Origin: a virus
DNA: 64,000 nt
Virus record (IMG/VR): IMGVR_UViG_3300009285_002995
Location: 4,271 to 68,270 of that record
Strand: one strand, 5' to 3'
The position numbers were made by a program, and so were the translations under genes. Position 1 is the stretch's first letter. Each line of letters opens with the position of its first letter. Under the pieces are notes generated by a model, which saw only the letters and a program-made list of their open reading frames with translations, made no database searches and was not told the origin of the DNA. Of this stretch, positions 26,661-37,500 are shown one piece after another.

Positions 26661-27110
26661 TTATGGCATGTCTGCCTTAGAGCAGTTTTTTAGTTTTACC
26701 CGAAGTTCCCTTACCTCTTTTACCAGAGCTTCAGACGCAGCCAATCTTTTAGCGTGGTCTTTCTTGACATCCTTAATTTCACACTTCATTTTATTGAGTT
26801 CTTTTAAATATAAAGTCTGGGCAATATAGCGTTCTTCCCTTCCTGTCGTTACTGTGTCAAGCGTGGTCTTGTCTTGCTTTAGAGAATTATCTAACTTCTT
26901 TTGTATTTCATCAACCATCAGCTTGGCTACCACAGCGGCTTCCTTTGCAATAATGGCTTCCTTTTTGGTCTTTACTATTTCCTCTGTATTCTGCTGCATC
27001 ATTTTTCCTACATCAATAACTCGTCCACCTTGAGAATATAGGATTATGCCCAAGACAATGGCTCCGCCAATCATAATGTAACTTAAAAAGTCCAGAAACC
27101 GAACGCTCAT
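26661..27110 (-). CDS. N-terminally anchored coiled-coil protein (i-spanin-like architecture)
   Basis: Single N-terminal TM plus long coiled coil with Cys residues. Confidence 0.45.
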   Translation of the reverse strand: MSVRFLDFLSYIMIGGAIVLGIILYSQGGRVIDVGKMMQQNTEEIVKTKKEAIIAKEAAVVAKLMVDEIQKKLDNSLKQDKTTLDTVTTGREERYIAQTLYLKELNKMKCEIKDVKKDHAKRLAASEALVKEVRELRVKLKNCSKADMP

Positions 27111-27463
27111 TAATGACCTCCTTTTGCCATTTGTGTTTTGTGGCTACCATTCAGTTCGTGAAACTCCTTGGAAAGTTCTGCGTAATCACCCTCTATCTTT
27201 CCTATGTCTCTTTTTACTTCACAAATTTGGGAGTCGAGGCTTTTAATATTACGGCTTATAGACCAGCACAGAACTCCGTAGCTTATCATTATCACCAAGC
27301 CAAACAGGTATAAAGGGTCAACAAGTTTTTCCATTGTAGTTTTCTCTGTGGTTACTGCTTCGGCAGAACACCATATCATTGAGAATGCCATAAAAGAGGC
27401 GACACAAAATTTAAGAATGATAATTTTTCTTTTAAGCCATCTGTACATGGACGTGGCCCTCAC
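27110..27463 (-). CDS. membrane protein with coiled-coil tail (holin-like)
   Basis: Two hydrophobic segments, then heptads. Confidence 0.45.
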   Translation of the reverse strand: MRATSMYRWLKRKIIILKFCVASFMAFSMIWCSAEAVTTEKTTMEKLVDPLYLFGLVIMISYGVLCWSISRNIKSLDSQICEVKRDIGKIEGDYAELSKEFHELNGSHKTQMAKGGH

Positions 27464-28155
27464 TTACAATTATAAACCGTCCCCATTGTGGCTTCATCAT
27501 GTACCCAATCCATGTCCTCGCATGACGAAAGAGTGCGGTACACACTTCCCACATTTCCAATAATTATTTTAGTTCCAATTAATGCCCGTATTTTCTTAAT
27601 TGTGGCATTTACTCCCTGCCTCCAGCCATCCATAAGGTACTGCGGCATGGGAGCCGAGTACCTGTTCGCATAGTTAAAGGCCGCAGCTTCATCAAGATAG
27701 ATACCATCCCAATCTTTCAGCATCTTGCTGATTTCATAGGCGATAAGGTCTTGACAGGCCGGAACCGTCAGGTCAAGCAGATACATATATGGGTATGTCT
27801 TATCATAGATTATATTCCCCGTAGTATCTTTAACAATCCACTGTTTGATAACAGGGTAATCAGTCCAGCCGCCAGCCATTTCAGTTTCCCTTGTCGTTCT
27901 TACGTCTCTGTAAAACAGTAGTCGACATTTGGGAGCAAGTTTTCTAAAGCGTACTCTGCTGGCGGGGTCTCCTATTACTGCATAGGTGGTCTTGCAGGCG
28001 GAAATCTGTGCATCGGTGTAGTTCGTTGTTCGCTTAAAAAAGAACGATAGCGTGTCTGTGTAGGCTTCGACAGAACTGCCCACCATAAAGATTAAAGCCA
28101 CCACCAACAATATTTTCCAAACTATACCCATGCCTGACTTTCTATAAATTGACAT
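27460..28155 (-). CDS. secreted putative glycoside hydrolase (TIM-barrel-like)
   Basis: Signal peptide; YLLDLT...WDGIYLDE...IIIGN pattern of GH-like TIM barrels. Confidence 0.6.
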   Translation of the reverse strand: MSIYRKSGMGIVWKILLVVALIFMVGSSVEAYTDTLSFFFKRTTNYTDAQISACKTTYAVIGDPASRVRFRKLAPKCRLLFYRDVRTTRETEMAGGWTDYPVIKQWIVKDTTGNIIYDKTYPYMYLLDLTVPACQDLIAYEISKMLKDWDGIYLDEAAAFNYANRYSAPMPQYLMDGWRQGVNATIKKIRALIGTKIIIGNVGSVYRTLSSCEDMDWVHDEATMGTVYNCK

Positions 28156-28268
28156 CTTCCTACCTCCTATCTAACATTAAGTCCTATAATTTGCTTTCTG
28201 CAAACAGGGGGCACATAAAATAACATTCATTATATATAGTTTCTCTGTGGCATCGCTCTCATTTTATC

Positions 28269-30176
28269 CTAATTGAAAGTAAACGGTTGTGCCACATACG
28301 CCCCTATGTCCCAAGTAACATGGTCGTCCCGGTCAGTGGTGCGAACATCAGAAGGCCACGAGGATGCTTCTGCAAGACCGTCGTCCCAAGAACTTCCTAA
28401 ATTAGCGCCCGTGCCGATAGCCGGTGAGCCAGAGATGGGCCATAAAAAGCCGTTTGTTGTGTCAAATAAATCAGGGTTGTCAACGCTTGAATCGGTATCT
28501 GTTACATGAACGTCCCAATCAGCAAAAGAATGGTCGTCAACACCCAAATGGCTGAAGTAAGGCGCATTACCCCAACAATAATAAATATTGTTAGAGAATG
28601 TCGCGCTGCATCCCACGCCTACAACAACCATCTGCACGTTTGCCGCTGCTGCGGTTGTGCTTGGAGTGACAACAATATTATTCTTGACAAAGTTCCCGGT
28701 AGCGGCTTCAGAGTCATCGCCAAGTTCAATCCTTATTCCAGAAGCAACATCATTCTGCGCTGCCGTATTCACGCAGGTGTTGTTATATATAGGGACTCCA
28801 CAAGCCCCCTTAGCCGAAATAAATCTTGATACCGCTGCGCCTTGTACATTAGTTATTAGATTTCCATATATTCCACCAACTCCGCCCCAATCGTAATCCT
28901 CACCAGCTTCCTGCCCGCTTTTAGCGATAATCCCAAGCCAAAAGCCAGTAAGAGTATTATTACGTATGTGGCATTGCTGCTGCCCAATCGTGGCAATTCC
29001 GTGTACTCCATTGGCTGCTCCGCCAGTACAGGTTAATTTATTGTCTTCTATAATCGCACCATCCACTAAATTATTCCCTGCTCCGGTAGAGTTTTGTAAT
29101 ACGATACAATAAATTGCACCTGTGCCAGCAGTGGAAATCGTGTTTCGCAGGACTTGCACATCTGGCATTGCATTGGTATGCCCGGTAATTCCTACAGGAG
29201 TCATGGAAGATGCTGAAGCATAAGTAACAACATTGTCTGAAAATATTAACGATGAAATGGTTTTTGCAAAGGACAGGGCTGTAGTAAAAGTACCCGCTGT
29301 TGCAGCAGCGGTTGAAGCAAAGGTATTTCCGTCTATAAGAATTGCCGGTATTACGCCCTGTTTAACAGCGATAATCCCACCGTTAGATGAAAGTGCTATG
29401 GATAAGTTAAAGGTGCTGCCCTGCACGGTCAGCGATTGCGTGGCGGTTGCCGCAGCAGCAGATGTCAGATATATACACGCTTGAGGGGTACTATTAGCAA
29501 CAGTCCATGTGCAGCTTGAGAATGTCGCAGCCCCTCCGCTTCCGGTAAGATTGACATACCTAGCATTAGCCGCAGTAAAACCGTCCGCATCATTGGTAAA
29601 GGTACACCCACTAAAAGTAATGGCATTTCCCCAATCAGTAGATGTATTCACTACATATTGACAACCATTTGTTCCCCCAGCGGTGGCTTGGAAGGTACAG
29701 TTTGTAAAGGTAGTTGGAGAGGCTGTTGCATTAGTCGGGTCAAGATATGCTGTCGTTGACACTCCACCATCACCCACATTATCATCGTCAAAAACAAACC
29801 CGGTGAAAGACCTCGTACCGGTAGCACTTGCGGCAGGAGTAAGTGTAAATGCAATTACGCTTCCAGCTGCGCCGTTTATTTCACACGAGCCAACCGTAGC
29901 GGTATAGGTAGTATCAACCTTAGCGCAAGCAACATACGCAGCAGGGAACGTAGATACAACGGTATCATCACAAGTGCCAGTAACATTAACTGTATCTCCA
30001 GCCACAAATCCTTTCGCAACTGCCTCAGCCTCAAACTCAGCAAAAGTAGCCCACGGGTCAACGTTAGTGCCCTCAACTCCTCCATCTGCATCCCCACAGT
30101 CAATGTGCCACGGCCCCGCAGCCCACACCGGAGCAGCGCATAAAATAAATATCAGTATCAATAGTAACTTTTTCAT
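28269..30176 (-). CDS. secreted right-handed parallel beta-helix protein (pectate lyase/depolymerase-like)
   Basis: Signal peptide ending VWA; repeated xFxNCTF/IxNN turns; C-terminal SPAIGTG...DIGAY. Confidence 0.75.
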   Translation of the reverse strand: MKKLLLILIFILCAAPVWAAGPWHIDCGDADGGVEGTNVDPWATFAEFEAEAVAKGFVAGDTVNVTGTCDDTVVSTFPAAYVACAKVDTTYTATVGSCEINGAAGSVIAFTLTPAASATGTRSFTGFVFDDDNVGDGGVSTTAYLDPTNATASPTTFTNCTFQATAGGTNGCQYVVNTSTDWGNAITFSGCTFTNDADGFTAANARYVNLTGSGGAATFSSCTWTVANSTPQACIYLTSAAAATATQSLTVQGSTFNLSIALSSNGGIIAVKQGVIPAILIDGNTFASTAAATAGTFTTALSFAKTISSLIFSDNVVTYASASSMTPVGITGHTNAMPDVQVLRNTISTAGTGAIYCIVLQNSTGAGNNLVDGAIIEDNKLTCTGGAANGVHGIATIGQQQCHIRNNTLTGFWLGIIAKSGQEAGEDYDWGGVGGIYGNLITNVQGAAVSRFISAKGACGVPIYNNTCVNTAAQNDVASGIRIELGDDSEAATGNFVKNNIVVTPSTTAAAANVQMVVVGVGCSATFSNNIYYCWGNAPYFSHLGVDDHSFADWDVHVTDTDSSVDNPDLFDTTNGFLWPISGSPAIGTGANLGSSWDDGLAEASSWPSDVRTTDRDDHVTWDIGAYVAQPFTFN

Positions 30177-30188
30177 AAGGTCTCCTTA

Positions 30189-31052
30189 TTAAGCATCGTT
30201 GTCTACTTTTGCTAAGGTTCCATAACTGCTCGTTACAACCCAAATATTTGCGCTAACAGCCATCACGGTCACAGTATCGCCCACAGTGTCTAAGCTTACG
30301 CCATCACCGGCATCGTCAGTAGCGCCGTAGATATAGTCCGTAGCATCATTTGGATTAACGATAACATCAAAATCTGCAATAGCTGCAAAGCTTACTGACT
30401 GTCCCAAAACTGTAGAAGCTTCCGGTAGCGTCATAATGTTTGCTTCAGCATCTTCCCCTTCATTTGTGAGCATCTTGCCCATGTCTGTAAAGAGTACAGG
30501 GTAAACAGCTACTTTAGCCTCTATCGTTTGGTCAATTATTTTATTGGTAAGTGTTTGTGTTCCGGTAAGGGTGGCTAACGTGCTTACCCCTATCCATGTC
30601 TGCGCTGACTGCCCGCCAGACGGTGCGCCGAATGACATGATGGATGTGGCAGGGTCAGCATCGCAAAACTGGAATGTGTAGCTATTAGTGATAGAATCGG
30701 GAACTTGAAAGCCTCTGTAGCCCACACCGTTATCGCTTAATTCTCTCCCACGCCAATACTGCGCCTGTACGTCTGATTGCTCTATCGTTATCCCAGTAAA
30801 CCAAGCATCCTTTGCCGTTGTATAGCCGATTATATAATCATCTATATGCCCATCACCAATTCCAACAGCGGAAGGGGTGTAAACAAGTATACCATTAGAG
30901 TCAACAACTGTACCGCTTGGGAATCTAAAACTTCCAAACTTCCCCAGCAAAGTACCTCCGTTCCACACTTTTACTTTTGGTATACCGACCTGAGCATGAC
31001 ATACGCCAGCAATAAACAATATCATCATTAAACATATGATAAGTTTCTTCAT
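30189..31052 (-). CDS. signal-peptide protein with tail-fibre-like segments
   Basis: Signal peptide ending CHA; TQTLTNK fibre motif; C-terminal TLP..G...W beta domain. Confidence 0.6.
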   Translation of the reverse strand: MKKLIICLMMILFIAGVCHAQVGIPKVKVWNGGTLLGKFGSFRFPSGTVVDSNGILVYTPSAVGIGDGHIDDYIIGYTTAKDAWFTGITIEQSDVQAQYWRGRELSDNGVGYRGFQVPDSITNSYTFQFCDADPATSIMSFGAPSGGQSAQTWIGVSTLATLTGTQTLTNKIIDQTIEAKVAVYPVLFTDMGKMLTNEGEDAEANIMTLPEASTVLGQSVSFAAIADFDVIVNPNDATDYIYGATDDAGDGVSLDTVGDTVTVMAVSANIWVVTSSYGTLAKVDNDA

Positions 31053-31063
31053 TGATATCTCCT

Positions 31064-31423
31064 TTACTTTCGATTTAATTCAGCCGTTACAACAACCGCT
31101 GTAGGGCCGTTATTTGTAACTCGTATCTTCATATACGGAGCAGGTTCATCCACATCAAACTGTTTGTAGTCTGCTGCACCACTTGTAAAATTTTTAATAT
31201 TTGGAGTTGGCGATGCACTAGGCTTTACAAAACTAACTTGGTCAGATGTTTGACCAAGCAAGTAGTCGAAGTCAACATCCAGGTCTGCTCCGGTAATTGT
31301 TGAATATAATGCAATCAATGAGTCACGCCCTATATAAATTGCATCACTTAATTCGCTTGCGCCAGCGGCTACAGATTTATCTGTAAATAATCTATCTGTT
31401 TCACATTTATAGGTATTATTCAT
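31064..31423 (-). CDS. hypothetical beta-rich protein, probably virion-associated
   Basis: APYMKIRVTN-type C-terminus; AAGGAG RBS. Confidence 0.55.
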   Translation of the reverse strand: MNNTYKCETDRLFTDKSVAAGASELSDAIYIGRDSLIALYSTITGADLDVDFDYLLGQTSDQVSFVKPSASPTPNIKNFTSGAADYKQFDVDEPAPYMKIRVTNNGPTAVVVTAELNRK

Positions 31424-31504
31424 GGCTTTTTCTCCTTTAGGGCTTTATATTATACATTTTATATCATAGTCTACTGAGGTTGTGATGCTGAATTAATTAT
31501 ATGA

Positions 31505-34500
31505 TTATGGAGGTGGAATCCCCCACCAGGGAATCCAATTTGCTCCATCATCAGTTGTTTTTTCAAAACTAATGCTCGTACCACTGGCAACTAATCTAAA
31601 ATTGCCCATATAAAGAGCTTCCGGCTCTATATCTCCTGTATGTTGAAACGCATCTGAGCAAATCCCTGCCCGTGGTCTATAAATTGTCCCTCCTACACCT
31701 GATACAGCTTGCCAACTATATCCCACAACTTTAAAATATATGGCATCTGGTGCACATATTCTGCCAACAACATGAGTGCCATCATATACCAAAAACGGAA
31801 CATGGACATTTACAGGGTGGTCATCAGTATTTGCATTTTCACGCCATGAGTACCCTATACACGACCTTCTGCGGTCTGCCGCATATTGAGTAGGGTCTGA
31901 AGCATTAAATAATGGTATATCACTTTTAAGTGCATGTACTGTCCAGTGAGAGAAGTTGTCTGGGTAATCATAGGAATCATTAACAATATCAACTTGGAAA
32001 AATCTCCCTATTCCTAACAACTGTGTAGCAGTAGGGGTTATTGCTGGAAAACTTTCATTTGGCGGTTCTACATTATATATTGCTCCACTTGCCGCACCAG
32101 CAGGAAAATGATTCCAAGTAGCTCCGGGGTCTGTGTCATCCCAACTATCTTCCCCCTGCAAAGGGGTTCCTGCTTTCCCTTGAAATAAAGCCCTTACATT
32201 CACTCTAAAACCAGAGTCGTCCCCAATCGCCTCATTAGAAGGTCTAAAAACCAATGGTATGGTAGTTTCCTCTGTAATAGGAGTTCCATAGGTTTCATCT
32301 AAATCAGGTATTGATGCATTATTAAAAAACACAACATGAGTAAACCATCTTTCAGCTCCAACTCCAGGAACTGTAATTTCTCTGGCTATTTTTATCTCAT
32401 AATTGTATGCAATTCCCTCACAAGTCTCTGGCAGCGTCCATTGCAAATGTATGTTATGCTGGTTTTGCTTAAACCATCTCTTAGTCATAGCAAATACTTC
32501 AGCACTAAATGCAGTAACCTTTGTCATATCCAGTACAAGGTCAAAAAGAGTAGTAAACTCATATTCACTTGTCCAATCACTCTTTTTACCGTTGTATCCA
32601 ATGTACTTCATTTTAATTGTATAATCTTTTTCCTGTAGCAGATTATCCAGTTTCATAAGATAATACAATTTAGTTATGTCTGGGTTCCCTGGAAATGGGG
32701 CGTCAACTAATTGCTGTACATCTTGTGGACGTAGAACATAATTGAAAATTTGTATATCGTCAACTCTTCCAAATCCTACTTGTGCATTACCACTTATATG
32801 CCCTAAAAGTATAGGGCCTGCATTGGACAGAGAACCATAGTTTTCTACATCATACATATCATAAGTTATTTCTTGTTTAGAAACACCACCAACATCATCC
32901 TCTACCCATATCTCATTTTCAGTACTGTCTTGGCGTAATTCTACAACATTTACAACAACTCGTTTCCATGTCAAAGTGCGAGGGAACGCACACCTAAATC
33001 GAAGGGTACTAATGCTACCATCCATAGTAGCAAATAATATACTATTTGCCATAAAAATGTTATAACCATGCCCACCAGATTCTTTAGCTACAAAAGTTCC
33101 ATATCTCAAGCCGCTTGTGAATATGTCTTTATACCTAAAACTTATTGAAAATGGTGGGTAGGCAAAATCTAAAGCAGGCACATCATCCCCACTACTAAAA
33201 GCATTTATAGTGCTATCTGGGCTTGTATGAAAATCTAAGCAATTCCCCCATCCACCTACTTCCCCACTAACTACTGATGCATCATTCACAGCAGTTAATT
33301 GAAGAATACCACTAATATCATCAACTATTTGTGTTGCTCCTTCTCCTTCTTTACAACTCCAGCTTGCTAAACATAATTCTCCAGAAGAAGCATACAGGCT
33401 TGAACCTGCAATTGTTTCCAATGCCTCAACATCCTGTATGATGTGCTGAGAAATTAATCTGTTTTTCCTCTTTAATGCTATATGTATTTTTGCTATGTTT
33501 TGGTCGTCAATGTGCTCTTGCTCAAACCCTATGGTTTGAAAAGCATGTCTGCCATACTTACCTCCCTCAGTACCAATATAATCAGTATCAGTAGCAATTA
33601 TTACATTGGTGTCGTTGTCTGGTGCAGCGGTATCAACTATTGTACCACTTGCTATGTTCCCCCATTCCCCAGCACCAGCAATAGTATGAGCATGTACCCT
33701 AAATACCTGTTCGCTACCAGCAGGCAGCCCTCTAATAGTCCCAATAGGTTGTGATTCAGTACCCTCATTTAACTTTCCGCTTACAGGATGTCCATGCCAA
33801 ACAGCATTAGGGTCACTTGCATAATCATCAGCATCACAATGTTGTAAATTATACCAAAGGAGTTGACCACTTGCTAAAGCTGCACCATTAGCATCAACAG
33901 TAGGAGCATCCCATTGTAATTTCGCCCATCCAAGACGAGTAAAACGAATTGGATTAACCCCTGTAGTTAATACCTGTAAATTAGTGGGGACACCTGGAAT
34001 TTCTACATCATCATCTCCTTCTGCGTCTGTGTAACCAAAATCTGTGTAATCGTATTCTCTACCAAATTTATCTACAGTTGTAATAGTTGGCTTTATTTGC
34101 ATCCGTCCATTAGTAAGCCATAATCCTTGTTCCCTATATTCAGTCCAAGTCAATGCACCACTATTAAGGGTTATTTCATCCGGGTCAAGTTTAGTAAACA
34201 GCATCGGGATATTGCCGTCAGTAGAAATATCCAATGCCCCTGAGTATGCATCATTAGGAGACTTAAAATCCAGGTGAACATTATAATGGTCAACAGATTT
34301 CCACCATTTAGGATAATGCCATCGCAGAAAATACATATTATAGAGACGAAAATCCCAAGGCAAAATAACTTTGTCTGGTCCAGGATACGAGCAAAATAAA
34401 GTAGCTGGGTCGCTTGCAAACATATCATCTGTAAGTGCCCTGACCTCAACTTTATAAAATGGGTAATTTATAGTTTGGTATTGCTCTCCAGAAACAGCAG

Positions 34501-37500
34501 TTACGTCCGCTACTTCGTCTAACTGTATTTTAAACCTGTTTTGCACACTACTTACATAATGCAAACCATGACCGCTTGGCAGTATTGTCCACCCCTCGTC
34601 TTCCTGACCTGGTAAATAAGTACCAGATGGTATATTATCTGTATATGCACCCTCTAAAGACGTTCTATATAATGCAATTTCATACTCTTTTACAAACCGC
34701 TCTTGTGGGTCGATAAGCCAGCTATTTTTGCCAAAAATATTTCTTGCATTAACCCTGTCCCAAACCACTTCAATAAAATTATTACCTAACTCGCGAGCTT
34801 GATCATTGCCAAACTGTAGTGGATATCTTTTGCACCACTCGCTTAACCTTAAATTAGTAGGTACTGGTGGCTCAAACCCAGCACTTGATGATACACCAGT
34901 AACTCTGATATGCTCCTCGTCTGGCGCACTAACAGCACCAGAGGTATAAACGGCACACACTTGTATATAGTTGTCAATACCAAGCGTAGCGCCCATTGCT
35001 TTTGTAACCCTTGCCATAGTCCCAGGATATTTTACCTCACAGACCTGAACATAGTTTGAACCATCTAACGAGAGACTAACAATAGCGTGGGAATACCCAT
35101 TGGCAATAGCGCCAGTGGGAAGGGCAAACGTTACCTTTATACCAACCTCCCCTGCAAGTTCCTCTAGTGGGGATAACACTACTGGGTTAGGACCAATCCA
35201 CCCAGTTAAAACATTAGTTATTACGTCTGATCTTGTATCTACTAAACAGTCATCATAAGTAACATACTGTGCAGTTCTACTGGTGTCCAACGGGGCTACT
35301 TGACGCAATGTGCCAAAAACACTATTTGTCTTAATACCATTTACATCTGTTGTGTCAACCCCCCAATTAACAGCCCCTATCTCTGCTTCGCCAGCACCAT
35401 TTGGCTGTACTGAGAGGATTTTATAGTTTTCTGTAATATAATCAACCCTACCTATTGCATAATTATCAAAGTTACTCGGTACAAAACCGTCCAACCCAGT
35501 AACAACAATGGCATTCTCGGTAACGCTGCTAACTGAGAATTCACCAACAACCTCGTAATATTCTTCTGCATTTATCTCGTCTTGCACTACTTGAGTTATT
35601 TGTATTTTCCAAGTCTCACCACCAGATTTTACTAATGGCTGATCAATATATATAGTGCTATCCCCATCAAAACTAATTATACGCCCACTGTAACTACCCA
35701 ACGTCAATATATCATGTGTAAAGGCAATTACCTGTCCTGCATGAAATGTCAGGTGTTCAATGCCCATAGAGAAAGTGATTACTTTTATTCTCTCTTGATA
35801 AGTATTTAACCTGTATGTTAACTCTCGCTCAAGCTGTGACGGTCGGGTTATACCTATGAGTTTGGAGGACTCTCTGCGTATTGTTTTTGTAATATCGCTA
35901 CTGTAAGCAAGATCTACATTTGCAGCTATTTTTACCCTTGTATCTTTATCAAAATCTAATTCTTCATTAGAGAATTGACACTCTAAAACATTAGGTGTTT
36001 TCGATAATGGAGTGTAAACCAGCGAGAATGAGTCCTGAATTATATTACCCATCCCAACAACAGCAACGGGGTATTCCCATTTATCAATAATGGGAAACAC
36101 CGTGCCATTCATCCACACTGGGGCACAACGAAAGGTATCACAAATTGTCTTTATTATGTCTGGCGCAGAACTTCTTTGGTCAATATTAATATCAAGACGG
36201 AAGCGTTTTTGTCCAAGTTGATATGATTTACTACTACCTAGAATTGGAACATCATTAGACCAATATACTCCATTAGGATAACTTGCTCCAATAGTAAACT
36301 TTGCATTGCGAAGGACACCAAGTGGGAAAGTTACTCTGTCACAATCGCTTATTACTGCTTTAGTCCATCCCCCATCTGTCTTTCTTGCAAATACAGCCTC
36401 GCCAATTAACTTTTTAATATAATTATAAGCATCACTACCATATTCTGTATCCCAGTCATCTGTAGAACCTATTTGTCTATAACTGGCGTCTGAGCTATAT
36501 CGTGAACGTTCTTTTTTAAATAAATCACTGTCTTGCCCATTAATTTCAGTCTCTGTAATAGTAGATGCTGTACGGTTAACACCATCTGGGACCATTTGGT
36601 CGCAGTAGTGAGCCATTTCTAAAAACTGTGCTATGTCTGTATCGGCTTGATTAATATAGTTGCCAACCCCAAATCTTCTATTAATTAAAAAATCATACAG
36701 ACACCAAATAGGATTATCAGAGAACTCATATACCCAATCAGTTAAGTCCTCTGTACATAAAGCACCTCCGTCTTTCATACTTCTGTAAGCACCATACACT
36801 CCAGCACTTACATAAGCATCTTCGTCCCACCAAGCAAATTCTCGATATACCCTAGTGCCTCCAACTGTTAAGGTTAGTTTTGGAGCACGAACTTTCCTCC
36901 CTTTAACATTATACATTACCTCTGGTGGCGAGCTATTAAACTCATTTGTTGCCCGTATTGCTAAAGCACCCATTGCGGTATTGGGGTAATCATACTCTAC
37001 ATAGCTAACCTCTGTGTACCCTTTAACTATCATATTATCGGTATATGTAGGGTGTCTATCATCGTCTATTGATGTTAGGCGCACTACCTTTACTGCTAAT
37101 TTTTTCCCTGTGTTGATAAAAAGGTTATTCATAGCATCACGAATTAAATTCGTAACACTATCTCTATATTCTGTTTCTGCTTCAGCGGCATACATTTCTT
37201 CATCAAAATCAATCCCAACCATGTTGCAAAACTGATACATACCTGAGATTTTACTAAAACGATCTCCTATATTGTAATCTTTTAGAGCAGTCTCAATAGT
37301 AAAATAGTTGCCTGCATCTGCCAGTACTTTACGCATATTAAAGCGGTATTCTGACTCAGCTTCATACCTAGCAGCATCAAAACTGATACTCAAACTGTTA
37401 GCCATCTCTGCCGCATTTTCTGCCTCAAATCCATTACCAAAATAAAACAATATCCACTCGATTACTTTTGTTATCCATCCAAGCAGCTCAAAAGCATAAT

